From: Paramoeba atlantica | Taxonomy: Eukaryota; Protista; Discosea | Length of the DNA: 64,000 nucleotides | Reading direction: 5' to 3' | Assembly: GCA_977017575.1 (NCBI GenBank) | Contig: CDRNVI010000003.1 | Span: 1 to 64,000 of the forward strand | In this document: positions 1 to 10,087 of the stretch, piece after piece | How the letters are laid out: the number at the start of each line of letters is the position of its first letter | Position numbering within the stretch: position 1 is the stretch's first letter | Program-made: the position numbers and the translations under genes | The notes under the pieces: generated by a model | Seen by the model: only the letters and a program-made list of their open reading frames with translations | What the model was told of the DNA's origin: nothing | The model's database searches: none

Positions 1-189
1 CTTCCCAGACGGCACTCGACGCCTTGCGGCCCGAGCACGGCTACCCAACCGTAGCTACCAGGACGGGCGTCCACCCCGTTGCATCGTGTAGGCTGTGTCT
101 CAAGCCTCCTTTGCGTAAGCAGCTCGCAATTTAGCGGCTGCGCTAGAGCCTGGTTCAGCTCGGCGGTTCCGGGTCGGTCTTTCCTTCCC

Positions 190-1435
190 AGTTCCACCTT
201 TCCTTCTTACCCCTTCTGCCCCACCTTCTCTGTTCCTACGTTGCAACGGTCCTTTGTCTCCGCCCTCCTGCCCGGCAACTCACATGTCCATTTCCTCTTG
301 CTCGGGCAGAGGGTGTGTGCTGACTTACAGCCGATGGGGCACAAGAGGCCTTTCAGCTGAGAGACCGCTGGGGGATCCATGTTCGGATTAGTCACGAGCG
401 CTATCGGTGCATTGAAGTCCCCCATGACCAATAAAGGTCTGCGTTTCCGTTCAGCCTTGACCTCACGACACGCCTTGTCCAAGTCACCCAGAAATGCCGC
501 ATGAACAGCTTCTGAGGAGTCCCGTATGGGGGCATAGACATTGAACAAAGTGCCGGTCCCCAGGGTACCCCTCCTCAGCTCCCATCACCCTGTTGCTCAC
601 CATCCAAAACTTCCGAAACGAATGCCGGCTCACTATGGCCATGCCATTATATGAATCGTATGCGGCGGCCGACTGCAAATACAGGTGAAACCTCTCCCCT
701 AGGTTTTCAACATGCCTGTATAGGATTCCATCTTCATGTCCTTCCTTCGAGAAATTGTATCTGGCCTCCTGTAGGCACCATGACGCCAACCCCCCTTACC
801 TGCATGAAAGCAAGCACCTTGTTCAAACGGGTGCATCTTCGAAGAGAGAATTCATCTTCCACCTCGAGTTTTAACGTCGTAACGTTAAGCGTTGCAACGG
901 TTGTGTTCTCCTTCACAGCGGAACCTTTGATGTTCTCCGAATCTCGTTGGGCGTGTGTGCCGCGCGACGCCTAGTGTGACCGAGGGCGGTGACGGGAGCT
1001 CCTTCGTTTTGCCTTTGCCGGGTTACTCACCTGCACCGCGCAGAGCACGACACCTGTATTCGGTAAGGGGGGAAGGGGGAGAGTCGTGTGCGGCCTCGCC
1101 ACGTACCGAACACGAAATGTACCGGTCAAAGGTTCACCTTGAGTTACCGAGGATCCCCCCTTAGTATGCCAGCCTACGCTTTTAAGATAATCCGGCCCCT
1201 CACACACGACCTCGCCCTCCCAAACAAACAAAGTCTCGCAACAGTTGTCGTATCTCCACGCGACGCGAAGATGAGCCCCAACGCGGACAAACTTACAGAG
1301 CGCCCGCACTGCCCTCTGGTGGAGTTTAGCAGGACCTACTCGCTCGGGTGAACGAAAGATGACCCCCCGACCGTGCTTGGTCCGTGTAAGGGTTTCAAAA
1401 GCCTCTGTCACCTTACACGTGCCCCTTACACGTGC
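190..1435 (-). pseudogene. 5' fragment of family-B non-LTR retrotransposon (N-terminal domain + APE endonuclease), frameshifted
   Basis: ORFs 971-1552, 734-916, 484-789 and 207-548 are collinear homologues of the first ~390 aa of the intact ORF at 27375 (AKLHQRAVRALCKF, TVATLNVTTLK, YNGMAI, LLVMGDFNAP). Confidence 0.9.
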
Positions 1436-1444
1436 CCCCTTACA

Positions 1445-1547
1445 CGGTAGAGGACGTCGGCCTCGGAACTTCCAAATCTGTCTGTGAAGGGTCTGGCTTG
1501 CCAGTGACCATCCGGAGCGATCCGGAATGATAAAAAAAAAAAAAAAA
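1445..1547 (+). mobile_element. 3' fragment of structured SINE-like element with poly(A) tail
   Basis: Matches the 3' ~90 nt of the copies at 12199-12590 and 19015-19410; ends ATCCGGAATGAT followed by a long A run. Confidence 0.85.
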
Positions 1548-1548
1548 C

Positions 1549-2295
1549 TCATGCTGCGCGCTTGGCGTTGAAACCTACCACCGCGTTTAACGAAGAGCTT
1601 AAAAAAGAAAATTTGGCTGAAAAGCTGAAGTAAACGGAAAGATTATAGCCAAAAATTGCCCATTTTGTGGCAAAAATGGGGCCATTTTTCCGTATTTTAG
1701 CTGTCAGAGCACTCAATCCGACATTTGCGCTTAGGAAATCACTCGTAGGCATGAATGGAAGCCTACGAACAATTTTTTTTTCAGTTTTGGACCACCGGAG
1801 CCCCCTTTTATATTTTTTTCTTCTATTATATTACTGTGTTCCTCTTTATATTTGCACAGTTTTCGTTCACTTTTTGTTCAATAATCGAGGGTAGAGCGGT
1901 AGTTTTACAACCACCTCAATTTTTATAGTTTGGGACTTATACTAGCTTTATCCGCAGTTGTTTTCGCAGGCTATCGATTCTTCGCTCCGTGGTATGCCTG
2001 CCAAAATGGCCTATTTTTTTCGGACCCCAAGGGGCCTTTTTTGGGTCGAAAAAATGGTATGGTTGGAGTCGTATTCTCTGCCCAATACGTTTGGTAGGCT
2101 TCCATTCTTGCCTGCGAGTGATTTCCCGCCAGTAAATGTCAGATTTAGTGCTCTGAGTGCATAAATACGCAAAAATGGCCTCATTTTTACCCGAAAATGG
2201 GCTATTTTTGGCTATAATAATAAAATAATCATTCTGTTTTCTTCAGCTTTCCAGACCAAATTTTCTTTTTTAAGCTCTTCGTTAAACGCGGTGGT
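1549..2295. repeat. Fused fragments of the ~0.9-kb hairpin-ended dispersed repeat
   Basis: Shares blocks (GCGGTAGTTTTACAACCAC; CTCTTCGTTAAACGCGG; GGACCACCGGAGCCCC) with full copies at 24240, 52408 and 59800. Confidence 0.85.
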
Positions 2296-2334
2296 AGTTA
2301 TACCCCCCTTGATTGGTCGGATCGCATTGGTTGG

Positions 2335-2410
2335 TTAGTGAAGGTGAGGTTCATATGTATATTGATGGCTCTGTTCGGCAGTTGCGGGGGTCCAAGGAAC
2401 AAAGATCCGG
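2335..2410 (+). pseudogene. Short captured RNase H fragment of family-B LINE (inverted copy at ~44390-44465)
   Basis: GEVHMYIDGSVRQLRGSKEQRSGAG versus GEVHMYIDGSVRQMRGSTEHMAGAG in the intact ORF. Confidence 0.85.
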
Positions 2411-2728
2411 TGCGGGAATAAAGTTAAAGACCCTTTTGCCACATCAGAATGCTCTGCAAACCGGGAGATACTCGTGGCCTTCGGCCGCTCGTGCGCAGTT
2501 TGAAAACACTCATGCAAGAAAAAGACTTTTCTTATCGTCAAAAAATACCTATTTCAACTTTTGTTTCGATCAAAAAAATATTTTTGGGTCGCCCCACAAA
2601 TTCTTTTGAAAATTGGGCCGGACACATCCTGCAAGCACAACGCAGAGTTACCACTTGTTGTGTCGGTAAAAAATATTCTTCAAGGCATGTGGTATCACTT
2701 CCCCTAACTCACGTTTGAAAATCGAATA

Positions 2729-3795
2729 CACACCCCCGCCAAAAAGTATTGTAATTTATTAGTATCGACCACGAATATTTGGTCGATACTAATAAATACA
2801 ATACTTTTTGTAGATTTTCACGAGTTGCTACTGGCTTCCAAAATCATCATTCCACATGATGTTCTCAGCTCAGTATCTTAGAGTGAGGCCGCCATGAATA
2901 TTGCGATGAGCGGGTTTGAACTCGCCGTCTGAGCACCATGTGCTTCAAACTTTGAATTCTTGCCACTCCGCCACCTGCGATCCCACTCCGCCACCTCCGC
3001 TCCCACTCCGCCACCTCCGCTCACTCCGCCACCTCCGCTCCCAAATCGCTCCGAACCCAATCGCGTAGTGCGAATACAAATTTCTCCAAAGAGGACACGA
3101 GGAATTTCCGTCACATCCCAAGATGCAGTTACTTGACGCGCACGGAGTTCATTCATTGCCTGGATAATAGAAAGTACCTTGTTTTCACGACAAAACACGC
3201 TTCGACACGGCGGTTGCCTTTTTGACAGCAGTATCAATAGAATTACGGGCGAACAGACGAGACACATAGTCATTGTACAGAGCCTTTGCTCTTTGCTTTA
3301 GTCCGGAAATGACAAATTGGTCTGCAGGTTGGTAAACGTGCGTCAGTTTTGGAGCGATAAAGAGAACACCACAATTTTTTTCAGTGAGCCATTCCGTTAT
3401 TTTTGAGTGCTGGGAAGCTTCATCAATGATTAAAAGAGCCTTGGCATTGTATTGATTAGACGACTCTCGGTCATCCTGCAAAATACCTATGAATTTGTCC
3501 ATAAATTCTTTCCACGTTTCCCGGCTTTGAAAGTGCGTATCCTTACGAGAACATTGGAGCACTCGAGGGTCGTCTCCTACGTTAACAAATTTCTTTTGAG
3601 TGCCCTTGTGGATGAATTGCATGAGCTTTACATCACCGGAAGCATTAGTAAGAAGAGTGCAAGTGAACCCCTCACGATCAGAACGTACCGCAACAGTTCG
3701 GTTTTCTCCTTTTTGAATTCTTTCCGAAGTCCATTTCTGAGAAAAAAAAATTTCTGAGAACTACCGTTGTCCGAAAGAGAGAAACAGACTCGATA
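2729..3795 (-). mobile_element. pogo-family DNA transposon, C-terminal half plus terminal inverted repeat
   Basis: ORF 3185-3622 has LLIIDEASQH and IAPKLTHVYQPADQFVISGLKQ (DDE_1-type motifs); TA+CACACCCCCGCCAAAAAGTATTG at 2727-2751 is the inverse of 43891-43913. Confidence 0.85.
2880..3041 (-). mobile_element. 5' fragment of SINE-like element with its 5'-terminal 20 nt reiterated four times
   Basis: Matches the head of the 19015-19410 copy; unit GAGCGGAGGTGGCGGAGTGG occurs four times (2963-3041). Confidence 0.85.
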
Positions 3796-4159
3796 GATCG
3801 CGCACTAAGAACGTATTACGAACACCAAAGAAATGATACCCCCCTCATACCCCCCTTGATCGCATTTTCTGAACAGGTGAGGGATAGTGTGATAAGGTGA
3901 TATGCTGTTGTTTCTCGTGAAAATATTTTATTAGGTAAACCGATTATGCCGAAAATGAAAAGTCGATTTCATATCACAATTCTTTGACTAAGTACTGGAA
4001 CGTCATCCTCCTCGAATGATTAGGATACATGGAAGTTGTTGCAAGATGTTTTTGAAAGCTTCTGGTGAATATGTTAGTTTTGTGGACACCGCCAAAGTGC
4101 TTTAAGGGTAGGAGAAATTTGTGAAGCTTTCAACTGGGACATAATAATTTATTATCCCA

Positions 4160-4634
4160 GTGATGGTTGGTTGGTTAGTTCAACGATTCGCGTTGGGTAT
4201 GCATGCCACGCAATGCCCGAGGTTTAGGACGGTGACGCGCAATCTTTCGGACCACTTTAGCAGGGTCACTGACTTGAACCGCACAGAGAACTACACCTGT
4301 AGAACGATAGGGGGGGGAAAGGAAGGGTTGTGTTCGTACGCTCCTCGTACCGAACGCGAAGCACACCTGACCACGATTCGTTCCTGAACAATGACACGTG
4401 CACCTCTTCAACTCTCCCCGTCAAAAGATAAAATCTCGAACAAGTCTCATATCTCCACGCAACCCGAAGCACTTGGCACCCAACCTTGGCAATCTTACAA
4501 ATCGCACGCACCGCCCTCTGGCGAAGTTTCGCAAGTCCCTCCCGTACTGGCGGACGAAAGATGACTCCCCAAACACGCTTGGTTCGGTAAAGGGTTTCAA
4601 AGGCCTCTGTCCCCGCGCCGGAAGCATTTGCCAT
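4160..4634 (-). pseudogene. N-terminal-domain fragment of a family-B-like LINE
   Basis: MANASGAGTEAFETL...AKLRQRAVRAICK...VAWRYE...LPFPP is homologous to the start of the 27375 ORF. Confidence 0.85.
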
Positions 4635-4639
4635 CTTTT

Positions 4640-5075
4640 TATAAAGGATTTATAGAAAGTGTGTTGAGGGAGATACGGAGTATCTAACTCGCTTACTAAG
4701 GTTAATTCCAAAACATGAAAATGCCCCTCAAAGAAGCGAGAGATCGAGTTTTTTCAAAATTTTAAAACGTAGCAGTAGCTCATTAGATGAACTCGTTAAT
4801 ACTCGAAAAATCATCTACAACAACCTCATTTCCCAAATTGTAGAACACTTTTGGTAAACAAAAGTGCGTCTGCAAAGGTCTGCGATGCGACAAACTGGTT
4901 GACTAAGGAGAGTCCTTTGAGTAGTCCAGTTGAGTAGTCCGGTTTTTCAGATTTTTTTTCTCTTGAAAAAAGTGGCCAGCTGGCCACCAAAAACACAGTT
5001 TGCATTTTGTATATAGAGAGAAAAATAATGTGCAGGTCCGAGTGGTACAGTGTGTAGCTACAGTGGCCCTTGAGA
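4640..5075. repeat. Dispersed repeat Y (TTGAGGGAGATAC end, tRNA-like segment partly deleted, TGGCCAGCTGGCCA palindrome)
   Basis: Inverted near-identical copy at 42375-42900 and a related copy at 51760-52250. Confidence 0.8.
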
Positions 5076-5560
5076 GAGTAAGTGCACTGCCATGTGAGGC
5101 AGTGATTGCACAGAGTGATGCAGTACAGCTGCAGTGGCACGTGAGAGAGTGAGAGTAGTGCCACGTGAGGCAGTGACTGCAGTGATGCAGCGCAGCTCCA
5201 GCGGCACGTGCGAGCTTAAGATTACTGCCACGTGAGGCAGTGAATGCAGTGTAGATAGAGTGGAATGTGAGAGAGTCAGTTACTGCAGTGTAGCTACAGT
5301 GGCACGTGAGAGAGTAAGATTCCTGCCACGTGAGGCAGTGACTGCAGTGATGCAGTGCAGCTGCAGTAGCACGTGAGAGAGTGAGAGTACTGCCACGTGA
5401 GGCAGTGACTGCAGTGTAGCTCCAGTAGCACGTGAGAGAGTGAGAGTACTGCCACGTGAGGCAGTGATCGCAGTGCAGCTGCATTGGCACGTGCGAGAGT
5501 AAGAGTAGTGTCACGTGAGGCAGCGACTGCAGTGTAGATACAGTGGCACGTGAGAGAGAG
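5045..5560. repeat. Degenerate ~59-bp minisatellite rich in CACGTG and CTGCAG palindromes
   Basis: Recurrent CACGTGAGGCAGTGACTGCAGTG units; inverted, longer copy at 36370-37300. Confidence 0.85.
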
Positions 5561-5656
5561 AGACTGGTTGACTAAGGAGAGTCCTTTGAGTAGTCCAGTT
5601 GATTAGTCCAGTTTTTCAGATTTTTCATTTCAGATACATTCCCCACTGCATACAGC

Positions 5657-8600
5657 TCAGTGTTCGCTTGCCCTGGTAGGTGCCCGCATTTCGTGGTTTC
5701 TAGCGGGGGCGACGCTTTGCTTGGGCTGTTTGATTCCCGTCCGTAGACTACCGCGGCGACAATTGGCACTGGTGTTAGGGATCCTTGCTACCTCTGGCAT
5801 GCGAGGCTCGCAAAGGAGATCAGGATTTTGACCTTCGCTTGTCGCGGCGGAGGTTTCGCGCTTTTTCTTCGAAGGGTTGCGCGAAAGAGCTGCTTTGGCT
5901 ATTAAATCGCACTTCTCGTTGTAAATATTTCCGCAGTGACCTTTCACCTTAAAAACAAAAAGCTGCACACTACGCGCTTCTAAGCCTCGAAAAGCGTGTT
6001 CCAGATCCAAATATATAACGCTATTTGGAAGGCCTTCAAAACCAATAAAATAATACTTTTTTCTAATCACATTTGCAAAATGCCGAACTACCCAGGAATC
6101 CGTAGGCAGTATGATTCTTTCCCTATCTTGTGGTGCCCTTTGTATGGCTGTTAGTGCCGCATATAGTTCCGCCCTCTCCGGTGAGCCGCAGCTTAAAGTT
6201 TCCTTGCAAATGGCAAAGCTTGACACTTCCTTCCCACATTGTACTTCAACCATTCCCAGCCCCATTTTCCCAATAAACCCAGAACTCACCGATGCATCAG
6301 AATAAATATGTAAAGCACCTTCTTCGATTACAAATGGCGTGGTGCCTTCCTCCGCATACTGAAGATCCGATAAATTGGTATCCCGAAGTGCTGTTGAGGT
6401 AACCTTATGCCAACCTTTTCCCCGATAGCTCACGTATGTTTTCTTGCGCCCAAGGCTAGCTTGCAGATTCTCAACTTGGGTCTGCCAATATTTTCGATCC
6501 CCTGCATAGACCAATGCTTGTTCAATCATGATCCCCATATCGCCCATGCATATATCTCCGAATGTCTTATCAGGTGCCCTAGAGGTCGTGCCCGGTTTAC
6601 CTTATGTAGTGTGGAAAATAACGGTGTGTCAACGTAAAGGGCTGTAAGAGGTATACTTTTCCCACGGTGGTCCAATTTTTGGCAACGACATATGATGCGA
6701 CGCATTTTGTTTACCTGAATGTCTACCCAATTTAACGTTTTATCCGGCAATACAAGAGTACCTGAGTTATAGTTCAGAACGGGGTAAACCAGTGTATCGA
6801 AAAGGCGAAGTTTAGTTCTCACAGATAGTGGTAATATCCATATTCCTTGAAATTTTGAGAAGCTTGCCCATGTAAGCCGCACCCTGTACCTAATGCACGC
6901 CTTGGGGTCCTGTTCATGAAAAAGGTGCCCTAGGTAACGGTAACTCTCGACGTGTGGAACCTTTCCCAATGTATCGGATATTATTTCTTCGGTGTTGTTA
7001 TTTTTTCCTATGCTCATCCAGGCGGTTTTGGTGGGCCCAACAGCAATCTTTAAATTGGCAGCAAGGACTTGCTCTGCTGTATCTTCCATTATGCTTTGCA
7101 AGTCTTCCTTGTCGCTCCCAAATAGGAGCAAATCGTCAGCATAATTCAGATCAGTGAGCCGCGTTTCCCGTAACCCTCTGCTACTCGTACCCTTGTATGA
7201 TAATAAGATGCCGTGGGGTTTTGAATCTATTGCCTTAAATAATATTCGATCCAGGACCATAACAAAGAGGTACGGTGCGAGAACGTCGCCCTGTAGAATT
7301 CCTGTCGTGATGGGGAAAGCTTCCGTTAGCCCATACGGTGTACAAACGACGCCTCTCATATTGCGATAGACCGACATAATCATTTCTACTAGCTTGGGGC
7401 CAATGTGGAATGCTACCAGAGATGCCTTGATAGCATCAAACGAAACAGATGGAAAAGCCTTTGCAAAATCCACGAAACCAATGTTGAGCCCATTTTCCCG
7501 CAAAGCTTTAACTCTTGCTTCGTTGAGAATCGCCTGGGCTTGAGTTGTTGAGCGATCTGGTCGAAACCCATATTGATTCTCGCGAAGCACGGGCTCCACA
7601 TAACGTCTCATTCGTTGCAAGATTAAACTGTTCATTAGCTTGACGATGCAATTCACTAAGCAAATAGGTCGCCAGTTTTTAAGAAGACTCAAATCACCCA
7701 TTTTTGGTATAGGAACTTGTAAGACATCACCCCAAACATCCGGAGCCACCCCGGTATCGTGAACTCTGTTTATGACACATAGCAGCCAATCTCGAAGTAA
7801 CTCGTTACCAGCTATGCATTTCAAGGCTTCCATTGGGATTTCGTCTTTTCCTGGCGATTTTCCCCTACTAAAGTGTGAGATGCCAATTTGAAGCTCTTCT
7901 TCCGTAAAAGTGGAGTCGTTAATCGTGTTAGGGGATGGTTTGGCCTCAGGAAATTTTATATTCGTGTGCCCCCCGGCGTCTCCCGCAAAGGCTTCGAAGA
8001 ATGATTTGATTTCCGCCAGCTTTTGTTTATTACAGGTCCCTGAAATCTTAAAATCGGCGCGATGAACTCCACATATTTCTTTCAGAGCTCTCCATGGGCT
8101 GGCATGATTGTTCTTTAGTTTAGTTTCCAGGACATCACATGATTTGGCTATTGCTTCCTCTATTGGCACCTGTGTTTGTAAAACCAATTCATTGAAGTCC
8201 TTGTGCTTTCTGCTTAGCTCAAAGATTCTGCGCAAATAACCAGTTTCGGCTCCTTCGAGCGTTTCCATTGGCGAATCGATTTCAAGAGATATTTTGTTTT
8301 GTGGTTTCGGAATTTCCCTGCCAGACGATCGAAGGCAAGAGGCAAGTAGATCCCAGGAAGGGAAATCCTTGTTCTGCAGTTCGCCATTGACATGATCGCA
8401 GATTCGTTTGTTAAATTTTTCACTATCTTCTGGGTTAGAAAGTTGAAGCCATGGAATCTTATTTCTGTGGGTATTTGTGGAAACTTCCCATTTGATCTTG
8501 ATCCCGGCTCTCACCAGAAAGTGTACAGTTGGTGTTGGTGCGCCAAAAACTTGATGTTTATGTAGGGCAGACGCAAAGCGCGAACACACTGCAATGTGAT

Positions 8601-9708
8601 CGAGCTGTCGCTTAGCATCGTTCGGCAGTATACATGTATATTTACGGCGGCTTGGGCATAAGGTGTGCCCCGATTTACAATCTATTCCTTCTAAAAGGCC
8701 TTCTAATCTTTCCATTGATAGCGCGTCCTCTTCCGTCTTATTTTTAAAAGTGAGCGGTGCATTCAAATCTCCAAGGAGAAGAGCTGGCCGTCGTGAATAT
8801 TTACCAACTGCGTCATGAAACGCAGTGGTGAGAGAAATCTCAAACTCTTCCATTGCATCTTGTGAAGAATCGCGCGTCGGCCCATATACATTCATCATAA
8901 AGGCCGACCCCCCTTCTATAGTAAACTCGGCCCCTATGATCCTGTCACTCACCTTCCAAACCTTCAAAAACGGACGCTGAGAGATAAACCCCATACCGTT
9001 GTACCCATTCACCGCCGACAAAAGGTAGATGAAAAAGTGTTTATCTCCGTACCGTAGTTGCCTGCGCAAAATGTCAGACCCACCCCTAGAAGTCAAAGAG
9101 AATCTTGTTTCCTGTAAAGCCCGAACATGCAAATCTTTCTTAGCCATATATCGCAATGTTTCATGTAATCGGGAGGATGCTTTCAGTCTGAAAACGTCGT
9201 CGCCCTTAAGTTTCAACGAAGTCGTGTTAAGAGTTCCTATAGATAAATACTTCCTCAAAGCAGACCCTTCAGGGTCGTTGTCGCGAAGAGCATGCTTGCC
9301 ACACAGTGCCCTATTTTTACGTACTTTCTTTCGGGTATTCGAACGTCGAGGTTTCCGAATTCGCACCCCACACAGCACTATACGTGGGTCGTACGGCGGG
9401 AAAGGAAGCGTTTCCGATCGCCTGTAGTATTTCACCCGCCAGCGACCTAGCTGAAAGAGAGACCCATAGCCTCTCTGTGTGCCATCCTCCATCCAAACCC
9501 GATACTCAGCAGCCCCCGCATATCGCCAGCACAGCGCGATGCAGTCGCCAGGACGAAGAATTTTACATATTCTCATCACATTACGCAGGCGAAGTTTAGC
9601 ATGTCCATCAAAATCCAAAGTTGGTTCAAAAAGGACACCCCGACCTAACGTGGACCGTACTGGAAGATTCACTATACTCTTCTCGCAAGGCCCGGACGCC
9701 TTCGCCAT
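5657..9708 (-). mobile_element. Family-C non-LTR retrotransposon (N-domain, APE, RT, RNase H), with one deletion/frameshift after the RT
   Basis: ORF 6526-9708: LQETR, LLLGDLNAP, LDHI, WRPICLVN, QYGFRPDRST, DFAKAFPSV, GILQGDVLAPYLF, YADDL. ORF 5657-6547: HIYSDAS, ERAELYA, LPTDSW, KVKGHCGNIYNEKCD. Confidence 0.95.
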
Positions 9709-9722
9709 GTCTTTGAAGAATA

Positions 9723-10086
9723 TTCAAAAAAACAAAGGTCTCCAAAAAACAAAGGTCTTCAAAAAAAACAAAGGTCTTCAAAAAAACAAAGGTCTTCAAA
9801 AAAACAAAGGTCTTCAAAAAAACAAAGGTCTTCAAAAAAACAAAGGTCTTCAAAAAAAACAAAGGTCTTCAAAAGAATCAAAGGTCTTCAAAAAAACAAA
9901 GGTCTTCAAAAAAACAAAGGTCTTCAAAAAAAGAAAGGTCTTCAAAAAACCAAAGGTCTTCAAAAAAACAAAGGTCTTCAAAAAAACAAAGGTCTTCAAA
10001 AAAACAAAGGTCTTCAAAAAAACAAAGGTCTTCAAAAAAACAAAGGTCTTCAAAAAACAAAGGTCTTCAAAAAAACAAAGGTCTTC
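9723..10086 (-). repeat. Tandem array of ~20 x 18-bp unit (sense GACCTTTGTTTTTTTGAA) at the 5' end of family-C LINE
   Basis: Array ends ~14 nt before the ATG at 9708; A-run length and a few bases vary between units. Confidence 0.95.
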
Positions 10087-10087
10087 C

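Noticed and set aside
1-190. GC-rich segment with small hairpins at the window start
   Set aside because: Cut by the window edge, no second copy and no recognisable RNA motif; insufficient support.
1405-1447. Three copies of CCTTACACGTGCC at the junction of the truncated family-B fragment as another 5' array
   Set aside because: The unit derives from the adjacent SINE sequence (CCCTTACACGG) at a rearranged junction and is ~14 bp; it fits templated repair insertion better.
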